Shown here in pieces: positions 15,101 to 27,639 of a stretch of DNA of 64,000 bases. The DNA is from Dipteris shenzhenensis. Taxonomy: Eukaryota. The translations under genes were made by a program, and so were the position numbers. Position 1 is the stretch's first letter. Each line of letters opens with the position of its first letter. Below the pieces are notes generated by a model that saw nothing but the letters and a program-made list of their open reading frames with translations, was not told the origin of the DNA and searched no databases. The stretch lies in assembly GCA_047967505.1 (NCBI GenBank), contig CM106538.1; one strand, given 5' to 3'.

Positions 15101-18037
15101 TGCTCAGTTATTGCAACAACATGATCAAATACCCCTGATACATGTAAGGGATACAAAGTCCCACACTTTGCACCCCTGGCCAAAAGCATAGAGCCCTTCT
15201 GAATTTTCCAACTCTGAAAGCCAAAAGTGGTGTGAAAACCAGCATCATCTAGCTGACCCACTGAAATAAGACTCTTGGTCAGCTTAGGCATATGTCTCAC
15301 ATGTTTCAAAACAAATGCAGACCCATTTGCAAAAGAAAACTTTATGTCACCTGCTCCCACTATGTCACATGCATAGTCATTTCCAAGATGCACACAATCT
15401 GTCTTTCCACTATCATAAGTGGAGAACCATTCCCTATGGGGAGTAACATGGAATGAAGCACCAGAATCCAAAATCCAATCTTGGGAATATGCATCATCTG
15501 AAGTGGTAATCAACTCTGCAGATAAAGTAGACATGAAGAGAACATCATTGTCACTATCATGTGTGACTGCATTGATCTCCTCGATCTTCACTTTTCCTTT
15601 GTCCTCCCTTGGACTCTCTTCCTTTTGAATTGCACCCCAATTTGCATTCTTTTTCTTATCCTTTTGCTCTCTTTTCAGCTTGTAGCAATCCTTTTTCATA
15701 TGGCCCTTCTTGCCACAGTGGTAACACTCAATGTTCCGTGCCCTGGATTTGCTACGAGACTTCCCTCTTTCTTGGGACTTCCCCCTGAACTGTGATCTAC
15801 CCCTTTGCACATTTAAGGCTGCATCCTGCTTATTGCCATCCATAGACTTCCGTCTAATCTCCTCGGCCAACAAGCTACCCACAACATCATCAAATTTTAG
15901 CACTCCACCAGGTGCAGAGTTACTGACAGCTGTATGGAAGGTATCCCATGAGGATGGCAATGAACATAAGAGAAATATTGCCTTAGTCTCCGCATCAAAA
16001 TTCATTTTTTGAGCCTGAAGTTGGCTGAAAATAATATTGAATTCATTCAAGTGAGAAGCAATAGAGACCCCTTCCTTCATCTGCAGCTCAAACAACCTCT
16101 TCATGAGGTAAACTTTATTAGAGGCAGTTTCCTTCTCATAAGTGGCACACAGTTTCTTCCACAAATCTTCCGTAGTCTGCTCATTTACTACTGTGAAATA
16201 AACTGACTCTGCAAGATGAAGTCTAATAGTAGACTTTGCTAATGCATCCAACTCATTCCAATCATCCTCAGACATATTTGCAGGCTTAGCTTCAATCCCT
16301 GCCAAGGGTTTAATCTGCTTCTTTTGAATAAGCACATCCCTTATTTGTTCTTTCCACAAAGAAAAGTTTGTCCCATCAAACTTTTTAATGCTGAAAAACT
16401 CCTTTTCAGGCATGGAAGAGGATGCCATGATGCAAATGAAACAAAATCCCAAATGCTAGTCCCTGCAAGAGAGAATCACACCAAATACCAGGTGCACCCA
16501 AATGTGTATGCCACAATAGTGTGAAATATCACCAAAACTCAAAGCTCAAAGCATCACAAGATGCATCTGACTCATGTGCATATACTATGCATCCATATGA
16601 GCAAATCTGGCCCAAAAGAAAATGCCAATAAGTGCCAAATGACTCAAGCATAAACACCGTCCACTGGCATATGCATCAATTATATCTCATCCAAGAGAGC
16701 ATAGCACTATCAGTGCATCACCAACAATGTGTCAAAGCTGTCCCTCAGCATAAAATAGCTTCCATGTGCAAAGCGTCCATAAAAAATAGCATCCCACAAG
16801 GCAATTTGGGCCTATCAGTGCATCCAACAAGGACTGCAATGCATCCAAATGGCCTATAAATCATCCATTGCAACCCAATGCATACCACGAATGAGCGCAC
16901 ACTGCTCAAACTGCAACCAGAGTGATCTGCATAAGGTATGCTCAAGAAATCATAGTCCCACGGTAATGAGCGCTACTGAAAATAGAACCTGAGATGCCTC
17001 AAAACATGGGCGCCATTGCATAATCGGACTCAGCAAGAAAATCTGCAAATATCTCTCTTCTGCCAGAACTCCAGAATCCCAACCGATGATTGAGAAATGG
17101 GAGTCAACACTTATCCACTGCCATGTGGCATAAATCTAAGGTTTCAAAACCTTAGTATGAAAAATGCATAACAGAGAGACGAAATCGAATACACAGAGGT
17201 TTATAACTCTGAAAATCCTCCACCGAATCACGCAAGAACTGATAGGTAGGGGTTTTTGGGCGTCCGAAACGCAATGGGACAGACGGTTTTGGAAACCGTG
17301 GTCTCAATCACTGGGTCCAACACACGGACTGAAAAACGTTTTTGGAAACAGAGCTATCTGTAAACTCCACCGGAGTTCGAATGATGAGCAACATAGAAGT
17401 TTTAGGACCTCCTGAGTCCACCGGAACTGACAGATCTGCAAATGGTTGCTCTAAACTTGAGTTCCAACACCCAGGCAAAAAACGCAAGAACTGACACAGT
17501 GAGTCAGAAATCCAATGAAATGATCCCAGATTCAAGAATGAAGGTGTTTCCAAGCTCCTGAAGTAATGTGGACACCAAAAGCAAGCAATAGTTGCCTCTA
17601 CAAGTCAATACAGAGTCTCTGTCATCGAACGGAACAGGGAAAAGCTCAAAAAACGACTTTTTCTTTCAAACCACTTAATAGGCTCTCAAAACCACTTCGC
17701 AAAGCCAAAGTAACTTTTCCAAAGGTTCCTCCAAGGCTCTGCACACTCGAATGCAAGTAAAGTCACCCACAAAGCTTCCCACAGAGCTTCTCCTTCCTCC
17801 CACAGAGCTGCTGGGCTTCCAAGCATTCACGCACGCTCAGCTAGATCACCCGGGCTCTGATACCAGTTAAGAGTGCTCTCAACGGAAGCAAGAACGGAAG
17901 AAGGAGAGAGAGAGACAGAGAGCCACACAAGTTTGGTGGGTGCAGAACCACCCTAATCTTCTTTTTCATTCATTTATATATGTGTTTGAGTATTGTATAT
18001 AACTGGGGTTAAGGCACAGTGACCTTTAACCCCCACA
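12138..18037 (-). mobile_element. Copia-1: full-length Ty1/Copia LTR retrotransposon, 170-bp LTRs (TG...TA), TSD GGTAT
   Basis: LTRs at 12138-12307 and 17868-18037 (4 mismatches). TSD at 12133-12137 and 18038-18042. tRNA-iMet PBS TGGTATCAGAGCCC (~17852-17865). PPT AAGTGGGAGGT (~12308-12318). Confidence 0.97.
12361..16452 (-). pseudogene. Copia-1 gag-pol polyprotein (gag, CCHC, PR, INT, RT, RNase H), broken by two in-frame stops
   Basis: ORFs 14527-16452, 13813-14517 and 12361-13809 share one frame. Motifs: KFDGTNF, CYHCGKKGHMKKDC, WILDSGASFH, LWHCRLGH, LRTDNGGEY, QMDVKTAFLHG, LYVDDML, YTDSDYAG, STTEAEY, ADMLTK. Both stops fall at Trp positions (TGG to TAG/TGA). Confidence 0.96.
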
Positions 18038-18046
18038 GGTATAACT

Positions 18047-18251
18047 ATCCAAAAAGGCTATAACAAAAGTAGTAAGACCATCGAAACCAGGGCATTTGCC
18101 CTTATGAAGGGCAGAGAGAGCAGTCTTGAATTCTATGTTGGTAAAGTGTGCATCAAGTGAGCATAACATCTCTGGGGTGACCAACACGGGTAAACTCTGC
18201 CAAACTTCATCTCTAGCCACCTCTTTGGCCTTAAGTTCGGATCTACAGAAG
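18047..18251 (-). mobile_element. Short LINE ORF2 fragment inserted in the Gypsy 3' LTR
   Basis: Absent from the 5' LTR (…ataac|tcaat…). Translates as LDAHFTNIEFKTALSALHKGKCPGFDGL, the L1 pre-RT K.PG.DG motif. Confidence 0.85.
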
Positions 18252-18599
18252 TCAATATAATATCCATCTCCACCTATTTTATATTGCTTCTCTCATGGAC
18301 TTTGAGCCATATCTCCTTAAATGTAGCCTAGGTGGAGGGGTGGCACATGGAGGAGCCATGCCACCTTGCATTTTATAATATCACTATCATGGATTATGTA
18401 CAACACACCTTATGGGTCCTCTTACATGGAAGGGTGGCACATGGTCATGCCCTTCCACCTCAACCTTGGGCCCTATGCACACCATAGTTTATTATACCAT
18501 TGCCACATATACAAATACACACACATATTAATGCCTTTTTCCTTAGACAATTTTATCCATAACAGTTCCCCCCCCCAGGCAGGGAATGCACAGCATTTC

Positions 18600-21500
18600 C
18601 ATGCCTGGGACCATCACGCACAAAGAAAGGCTTGAGGTAACGCTTGTTGATCACCTTCTTGCCATATGGTTCATGCAGCTCCTAAACTTGTACAGACCCA
18701 TTGCTACGTTCTTTGATGACTTTGTATGGACCAGCCCACAGTGGCAGAAACTTCTTATCCATTTGGTGGTCCAATCTATTATCAAAGCATAGCACAACAT
18801 CCCCCTCAGCAAAGTGTCTTTCCCATCCCTTGCGAATCTTAGCATCCAATCGGGCCTTTTGTCGATTCTTTTGGATCTCTGTTTGATGTAGTGCAAGGCG
18901 TCGGGTCTCATCTAACTTCTCAAGTTGTACCAATCTGGCCTCTACATGTTCATCTTCTGTCATCCTCTGTTCCTGCGCCAATCTCAAGGCCGGAATCTCT
19001 ATCTCTAGTGGTAAAACTGCCTCAGTACCATACACCAACTCAAAAGGGGTGTGACCTGTAGATGTTTTATGAGTGATGTTGTAAGCCCACACGGCTTCAG
19101 TGACCTTCTGATCCCATTGGCTCCTATTCCCTGCGGCCATTTTTCCCATGGTTTTATAAAGGAGGCCATTGGTCCACTCTGTTTGACCCATGGATGCTGG
19201 ATAATAGATGCTAGAAGTGTGATGATCAATGCCCATGCAATCCATGAGTAACTCCACTGCTTCATTTAAGAATGGACTCCCATGGTCAGAGACTATCTCC
19301 ATGGGTGTCCCAAACCTTGTGCAGATACGTTCAAAGATGAAATTTGAAACTGCCTTGCCATTTGCAGCAGAGAGGGCGATAGCTTCAGCCCACTTAGTGA
19401 CATACTGAGTGGCTACCAAAAGATACTTCTTTTTGCGGGCAGTCATGGGCAAGGGTCCGACAAAATCTATTCCCCACTTCTGAAACGGATGGATGGACAT
19501 CACTGGGTGATGTTGCCCAGGACGCAAATCCTTCCTACCGAAGAATTGACATGGTTCACAGGTTTTGCAATACAAAGTGACATCCTTGAACAAGGTCGTC
19601 CAATAGTATCCAGCATGTAAAATCTTCTTAGCTGTATAGTCACTGGCATAGTGGCCTCCACAAAATCCATCATGATAATGCTTCAATACCTTAGGCACTT
19701 CATCTGCTTCAATGGCCCATCTGAGTACCCCATCCATGCCTTGACGGTACAACACCCCATCAAGGAGGGTATAGCACCTACTATCTCTGCAGATCTTCTT
19801 TCTCTCATAGCTAGTACTTTCTGAAGGAAAGGAGAAAGCGGTCAAAAACTTGTAGATAGCACCATACCAAGGATCCCCAACTTCTATGGCTGCTACAAGG
19901 GTTACATCAAGGCACTCCTCTAAATCAATCAAAGCATTCTTCAAGCTGGAACAACCCCCTTTTACAATTTTGAAAGAAAAATCATATTCTTGTAGAACTG
20001 CCAACCATTTGGCCAACCGGCCCATGGGATTTGATGATTGAAGAACCTGCTTTGCAAGACCAGTGCTAGTGAGTATAAAGAAGGACTTTCCAGCCACATA
20101 ATGCTTAAATTTCTCAATGCAAAACACCAAAGACAAGGCATGCTTGTCGGCCTCTGAATAGCGTCGCTCAGTGTCGAGTAATTGTCGAGAAGCAAGGATT
20201 GATATAGAAGGTCTTTGACCAGTCTGGATTGCGTAGAATGGGTTCTGAAGCCAGAGCATTCTTGATTTGTGCAAAACCATGATCACAATCCTCATCCCAA
20301 GAAAAATCAACCCCATCTTTTAATAGCATAGTCATGGGCCGTGTCAAAGCAGCATACTGATCAATGAAGCGGCGATAGTATCCTGCTAGATTGACAAATG
20401 AGCGTACCTGACGTTTGGTTGTAGGTGGGGAGAGTTTGAGGATGGCTTCTACTTCCTCAGGGTCAGGCTTGATGCCCTCGGATGAGACAACATGTCCCAA
20501 TAACCTCCCTTGAGTGGCTCCAATGGTGCATTTCTCAGGGTTGAGACTGCCATTTGCTTCATTGACCCTTTGGAAGGCCAATCTAACCTTCATGATGTGC
20601 TCCTTACATGATGAGAATATACAGAAATCATCTAAAAACACCTCCAAGAAATCCCCCAAATAAGGAGCAAACACCATCTGCATAAATCTTTGAAAGGTGG
20701 CAGGAGCATTGGTGAGGCCAAATGGCATTACTTTGAATGCAAATGTCCCCCAGGGTGTGGCAAATGTGGTTTTAAGCACATCTTCCTCAGCAATTCTGAT
20801 TTGATAAAACCCAGAGTAACCATCACAGAAAGTATACATCTCATGACCACTTACCTTCTCAAGAATGAGGTCTTGAAAGGGTAGAGGATGATGATCCCTC
20901 TTGGTGGCAGCATTGAGCTTCTTATAGTCGATGCAGACCCGCCACTTGTTGTTTTTCTTTGGGATGACTACCACTGGTGAAACCCATTCAGTATTGTGAA
21001 CCGGAACAATAAACCCAGCCTCTACAAGCTTCTGCAACTCTGAGCGCAAAACGTCGGTCTGCAGGGGCCCTAATCTCCAATACTTCTGAGCCACAGGCTT
21101 TGCATCAGGCTTCAGCTCTATCTTGTGCTCTATGGCAGTCATATGGCGGTGGTGGTGGTAGCTAGTTGCAAAGAGGTCAGGGAAATCTTTGAACATTTCA
21201 AGAAACTCATCTTTCTCACCTGGAGTGAGGTCTGGAGAAAGCATTGATTCGAGCTGTTGAGGACTAGCTGTTATCTTTTCTGCAGGTGGCAGGGTCGGAG
21301 ACACCCCCATCATGTAAACTTCCTCCTCTAAGAATTCGTCCCCCCTGTCTGATTCTTCCATGGACTCAGACACTGAAGATGAGATAGTATCACTATCATG
21401 CTCCTCTTCTTCTTCCGGTTCCATGGCGCCAGGTTGCGCAGGGATTTTCTCCTTGGAAGCACCAAAAGACATGTGTCTTGTCTTCCAATAGCTGACTGCA

Positions 21501-21904
21501 TTACTTTTTCTCAACCATGGTCTCCCGAGTATGGCTGGGTAACTTCTGCCTGTATCTTCAATGTCCACTACATAGAAATTGACAGTGGTGGTCAACCCGT
21601 TGACAGTGATGGGCAAATCCTCAATGACTCCCATGGTGGCGAGTCATCGACCATCTGCTACCTTGATTCGAGTGGAGGAACGCCTTGTACATTTCAAATT
21701 CAATTTCTTCATGATGCGGGGCACCATGATATTACATGCAGCTCCCCTATCAACACACACATTTTTGACACAGCAATTATCTATGATGACATCTACTGTG
21801 TGTGGGTGCCGATCAATTTCTTCAAAGATAGAAGATACCTCTCGTACCTTTCCCTTTTTCTTGCTCTTCCTTGTTGAGAGACCTTGCTGCAGCTCACGTC
21901 TCAC
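18600..21904 (-). pseudogene. Gypsy pol: protease, RT, degenerate RNase H, integrase with GPY/F motif; frameshifted
   Basis: VCVDRGAACNIM (PR), ILGRPWL, WVSPVVVIPKK, WRVCIDYKKLN, DGYSGFYQI, MPFGLTNAPATFQ, FLDDF (RT), H..GGH...C..C, WGIDFVGP, SDHG, WAGPYKV. Confidence 0.95.
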
Positions 21905-23353
21905 CTTAGGGCTTAATGCTATTAGTTGAGGGAGTGTGATAATTAAAGACCGATGAGCAAGGTCCTGAATGACCGAATAGTCCTCTTGCCCTGAGCCGAT
22001 GGGAAAATCCGAGGGTGACCACTTACTCCTGCGAGATCTTTTAGTCTTCTCTGTTGGTGGGTCGCCATCTCAGCATCTGAGGGCTCTGAGAAGGACACCT
22101 TCTTCCTGGGGCGGCCTAGTCCACGGTTTGGAGAGGGGTCCGAGGTAGCACAAGTTCTTTTCCCGAGATCAAGGATATCCACATCAGAATCCTCAGTGCC
22201 CGACTCACTTAGAAGATTCACCCTTGGAATATTGGGGCATTCTGTGCGATAATGACCCTTCTGGTGGCACTCGTAGCATACAACATTAGCACGATCTCTT
22301 GGAGGGCGGTTGGCTTGATTTCTGATGCCCACCATCTCAAGCCGAAGATCATTCAGGGCCTTGGCTAGGTCATTGACTCCAGGTTCTGTTGCAGGGGGGG
22401 CCTCTTTAGTTGGAGGGGCCACGGGAGTAGAGAGGAGGGGAGCTCGTGGGCGAGGCTGGGGAAATCTTCGAGGCGGAGGATGAGGATATCCACCTTGTTG
22501 AGGGTAAGCATCTAAGGGAGGACCATACATTTGAGGTGGAGGCAGTGGATACATCCCTGATGAGGGGTGGGGGTATGCCCCTGAGTTAGACCCCCCAGGT
22601 TGTTGTTGCAGGAATGGAGGGGGATGCGGAGGGACAATCGTCTTCTTTGAGGCGGGGTCAGACTGAACTTTGTCAAACTTTTGAGCAATCTCATGTGCTA
22701 GCACCATAGTTTCTGGATTCTCCCATTTAAGCTTGAGGCGGAATTCATCTCTCGCTCCTGCTACAAGGTAGCCCAGCACATGCTGAGTCATTCCAGCTCG
22801 AAACCCGGCATTGTCCTCCTGTGTGGCAATCAAACGGTCCAGGAGCACGGCCGCTCGATCCACATATCGACGCGCCGTCTCACCTTCTGACTGCTTCAAA
22901 TTTGCCACCTGCAGGTACACATTCTCCGGCTCCTCTTCTTTGCCGAAATACTCAATCATTGCTGCTGTCAACCTTGGCCAGCTTTGGCGAACATCTTCGG
23001 CTTGCTTCTGACAAAATATGAAGAGGGGAGAGGAGAAGAGTGGAGATGAGGAGAGAGGGCACAGCTAGAGAGCACACCACAAATGACTAACTGTACACTA
23101 GAATTAGTTGAAAAAATAGAATATATACAAACCCTTTTAGGGTTAGGGTTAGGGGATCTAACCCTTTCCTTTATAGCACTCTATAAGGTTAGTGCTATGC
23201 ACATATGATCACGTGATGGTGCTATGCACACATGATCACATGATGTTGAGCGTGAACTCTCAACACCTTCCCTCAAGATCAACATCATGAAGTAGGCCTT
23301 CCCTCAAGATGATGATTCTGGGGAATAGAAGAAGGACTGAGCATTACATTCCA

Positions 23354-25378
23354 TCACACCCCTTTAATGGGAATGTCCTTCCTCTGCATCAAACCAAGAG
23401 CTAGTCGGTGTTTCTCGAATAGCTCTTTACCGAGTGGTTTGGTAAAGATATCTGCAACATTTTCTTTGCTATCACAATGCTGCAGTGTGATGTCACCAAG
23501 TAACACTCTTTCTCTGATGAAGTGCTCTCTGACATCAATGTGCTTTGTTCTGGAGTGATATACTGGATTTTTGGCCAATGCTTGAGCCGATTGATTATCA
23601 CAGTATATTGTTGTTGGCTTTGACTCATCAAAGTAATCTGTTTCTGACAATAGTCTTCTGAGCCATATAGCCTCACATGCACCTGTAGTGAGTGCCCTAT
23701 ATTCTGCTTCAGTCGAAGACAAAGAAACAGTTGGCTGTTTGTTTGACAACCATGATATAGCACCTTGACCAAGGAAAAATGCATATCCCTGTGTCGATCT
23801 CCTGGTCTCATGATCTCCAGCATAGTCACTGTCACAGTATCCATGCAACCGTGGATGACTTCCTCTGTATTCTATCCCAAATTGTCTTGTACCTCTGATG
23901 TATCTCAAGACTCTTTTGGCTGCATTCCAGTGAGACTGTTTTGGATTTGCCATAAACTGTGCTAGTGAGCTTACTGCATAACAAATATCTGGCCGTGTGA
24001 TTGTCAGATATATAAGAGATCCAATGAGTTGCCTGTAGTATCTGTCATTGACTGTAGGCTTTTCTGAATCTTTAAAGTTTCAAACTCTGTTCCATGGGAG
24101 TGGCTGCAATCTTGCAATCTGCCATATGAAACTTCTTCAGGAGACTGTCAACATATTTGAGCTGACTCATGAATGTGCTATCTGAATCTCTCCAGAACTC
24201 AATTCCAAGACAATAGTGCATAAGTCCAAGATCTTTCATGTCGAACTCTGCAGATAAGTCTTGTTTTAGCTTTCTGATGAAGCTATCCTTGCTTCCTGTC
24301 ACAATCAGATCATCTACGTACAAAAGTGCAATAGTAATATCTTCCCCTTGAACTTTGTAGTAGAGAGTATGATCTGCATTGGACTTCATGTATCCCAGAT
24401 CAGCAAAATACTTGTCAATTCTGCTGTACCAACTTCTGGGTGCTTGCTTTAAGCCATAGAGACTTTTCTTGAGATGGCAAACCTTGTTCTCTTTTCCTGG
24501 TTCAACATAACCGGCTGGTTGTTGCATGTAGACATCCTCGTCTAGATAACCATTGAGAAATGCATTCTTGACATCGAGCTGATACACATTCCATTTACTG
24601 AGTGTCGCTAGTGATATCAAGAACCGTATGGAATCCATCTTGGCTACTGGAGCATAAGTCTCATCATAATCTTGGCCATATTGTTGTGCAAATCCTTTTG
24701 CAACTAATCTGGCTTTGTATCTCTGAATACTGCCATCCGGATTGTACTTCACTTTGTATACCCATTTGTTGGCTATGGCCTTCTTTCCTGGTGGAAGGTC
24801 GCATAATTCCCAAGTGTTATTTTTATACAAAGCATCCATTTCTTCATTCATAGCAGTTTGCCATTCTGGCTTATCTACTGCATCTTCGAAGTACACTGGC
24901 TCTTCTGTAGCCATGATGGTAGTCATAAGAGCATAGTTGGTGGTTTCCACCTGAATTGCTTTGCCTTTCTGAGCATATGTCAATCTGGCTGGTGGTCTGC
25001 TTTCCCTAGTAGACCGTCTGAGCTGCTGTGACGCTGATTGGGGTGTTGCTGGCAATTCTTGCTCTTCTTCATCAACCTGTTCTATAGATGACTGTGAAGT
25101 CGATGCTTCTATCTCCTGTGTAGGTGAGGTTTTCCATTCTGATTCCTCATCGAAGATTACATCTCTGGAGATAATGACTTTGCGGTTGATGGGATCATAC
25201 AATTTGTATGCTTTACTTTCTTCACTGTAGCCAACCATGATGCATTTGCGTGACTTCGCATCCAATTTTCTGCGATGATCATCATGTATGTGGGCATATG
25301 CTATGCAACCAAATATGCGGAGATGCCCAATGCGTGGCTTGTGTCCAGTGAATGCTTCATAAGGAGTCATACCTTGTA
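23354..25378 (-). pseudogene. Copia-2 pol 3' part (INT C-terminus, RT, RNase H), one frameshift near 24072
   Basis: TPYEAF, KLDAKSRKCIMVGY, QLDVKNAFLNG, LYVDDL, YCDSDYAG, SSTEAEY, ADIFTK. Confidence 0.95.
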
Positions 25379-25507
25379 TCGGTTCGGTAATTTATTGCAG
25401 TTCTATCTTCACCGACGGTACAGAGATTTCACTTGGCATCTTCAGTGTATTTGCAGTTGATTCATACAGAGTTTTTTCAGGACACTCTTGAGTACATTGT
25501 TTGCACC

Positions 25508-26075
25508 ATGTCGACTAGCAACCTCAATCTGGAGGCATCTGCTAAGTTAGACAACTCCAATTACGGTACATGGAAATACCGAATGGAGACCATTCTTGTG
25601 CTTCAGGACAAATGGGAGTATGTTGATGGATCCATACCTAGACCATTGGCCGATCCAGCCACCAGTAGCTCTACTCCATCTGTTGTCACAGCACCAGCAA
25701 CGGGATCTACATCGGGATCTACATCTACACAAACAGTTTCCGCATCAGTAGCAGATCCTGCCATTGCCCGAGCTCAAGCAGAATGGGATAAGAAAGACAA
25801 GTATGCCTATCACCTGATCAAGCAGAATGTGCAAGATGTCATGCTAGGACAGCTCAACACAGTCAAGACATCAAAAGAAGCATGGGATATGTTCGCAGCT
25901 CTCTACGAGTCCAAGAACACATCCAGGATTCTCACCTTGAGAAACCAGATCAACCAGAGTTTCCGCAATAGCAATGAAACCGGTCATGCTTATGTACTCC
26001 GCATCAAAGACTACAACAATCAACTTGCAGCAGCAGGAGAGACTATGAATCCCGCAGAAATGGTGGCAATGATGC
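25508..26075 (+). pseudogene. Copia-2 gag N-terminal half, inverted relative to the element
   Basis: KLDNSNYGTWKYRMETIL...WEYVDG...WDKKDKYAYHLI...TSKEAWDMF is a Copia gag (DUF4219/UBN2-type) signature. It is on + while PBS, PPT and pol are on -. Confidence 0.92.
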
Positions 26076-26699
26076 CGGGAATAGCCAAGAGGCTTTACAA
26101 GGCTGAAAAATGATGTGCACGATGCCGTGAGATAGCCAAATAGGCTTTACAATGGTGGCATGTGTGTGTGAAATCAAGTGCTATCTGCCCACTGAATCAA
26201 TCTGCAATGCCTCTGAACTCTGAAGTCTGCTCACTGAACTGATGAACGTAAGGTTTCAGGTAATGTAATGATGTGAAATCGGATGTGAGCGTATGGACTG
26301 ACTCCGAGTAGGTACTAGTCGGGAATTTCGGGCATGGCTTAGATTGGCAACTTGGGGAATTCAAAGCGTCCCCTCTATGGCAATCTAGTCTACTCTAATC
26401 TAGATCTAAACCAACCGTCGATCGATGAAAGAGCAGCAAATAATTCCTTTTCTTTTGTTCTTTTTAAGTGCTGGGTCAGATGCATCGATGTAGAGGCAAA
26501 TGTGCGTGAAGGAAGTGGTTTTGTCGGCGAGGCTCAAATGTGAGTGTAACTTGCGCCGAAATGTGCGCGTGATGTAACGAGCGCGTAGAGCACAAAAAAT
26601 CGAGCGACTTTCCTTTTTGGAGCACCCTCAAATTCTTCCTGGATCAAGAGATATGACTTGATCTAGGTGGAGGGGCAAAAGGAGTGCAAATGGTGCTCA

Positions 26700-27110
26700 A
26701 TGATGATGTGTCACTGTGAGTCACATGCAGTGATGATGTGGCACTGTGCTTAGCAAGAGGTGTGCCAGTGAAGCTCTGTGCTGAGGTGGCAGTGCTGAGG
26801 TGTCACTGATGACGTGGCACTGATGACGTGGCAATGATGACGTGGCACAGATGACGTGGCAGTGATGACATGGCAGCTGACGTGGCAGTGATGATGTGGC
26901 AGCTGACGTGGTAGTGATGACGTGGCAGTTGACGTGGCAGTGATGATGTGGCAGTTGACGTGGCAGAGGTGACGTGGCAGCTGACATGGCAGAGGTGACG
27001 TGGCAGCTGACGTGGCAAAGGTGACGTGTCAGCTGACGTGGACTGCTTACGTGGCGCTGATGACGTGGCTCCGATGGTGACGTGGCAGATAAGGTCTGCC
27101 ACGTGTCAAC
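26700..27110. repeat. Minisatellite of alternating 12/14-bp units with core TGACGTGGCA (ABRE/G-box-like)
   Basis: About 16 exact ACGTGG cores plus CpG-decayed variants (TGACATGG, TGATGTGG) between ~26808 and 27090. GCCACGTGTC at ~27098 and ~27172. Confidence 0.93.
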
Positions 27111-27639
27111 CTGCAGACCACTTCTGGGGTGAGTGGTGACCCTGAGGATAAGGTTGGGTTGAGTGTGGGATGCCACGTGTCGCCTCGTGGGCCGCCGGAA
27201 TCTTGGAGATGCCGACGGAATCTCGAAGATTTCGTCGTCGTTTTCGTTAGAGAGTCTGAATCTCGCTGTAGAAGGAGTCCTCGAGCTATGGCGGAGGAGC
27301 TGAATCTGTAGCTCTGGCTATGGCGAGAGAGCACAACCTCTACAAAATTTCTCTAGCAACCTGATGTTGGAAGCTGAATCTCTGTCTATGGCTGTCGAAG
27401 CTTCGAGCTCTGGCGATGGTGGAGGAGCTCACGTTTAGAGCTGAAGCTTCAAGCTTTGGCTATGGCGGAAGCGCTTGTCACCCAATTACGCATTTTTTCG
27501 CTTTCCTTTCACGCTTTACACTTTTCCTGTTTCACCTTGTCAAATCGGCAGGCCAGCGACGCGCTCCATCTCCAACGAATCAGAGGCTGCAAGCATGAGA
27601 CAACAATTGGACGCAGAGGTTCAGAAGAAACTTGCGCTG

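Larger units (their letters stand above)
11463..18564 (-). repeat. Gypsy 3' LTR, interrupted by Copia-1 (12138-18037) and a ~205-bp LINE fragment (~18047-18251)
   Basis: 11463-12137 plus ~18252-18564 align colinearly with 31028-32018. Confidence 0.95.

Noticed and set aside
23137-23156. Interstitial telomere
   Set aside because: Only three units, present in both LTRs, so it is part of the element.
26700-27176. CRISPR-like array or His/Arg-rich repeat ORFs
   Set aside because: Units are contiguous with no unique spacers, there are no cas genes and the context is eukaryotic. The ORFs are by-products of the minisatellite.
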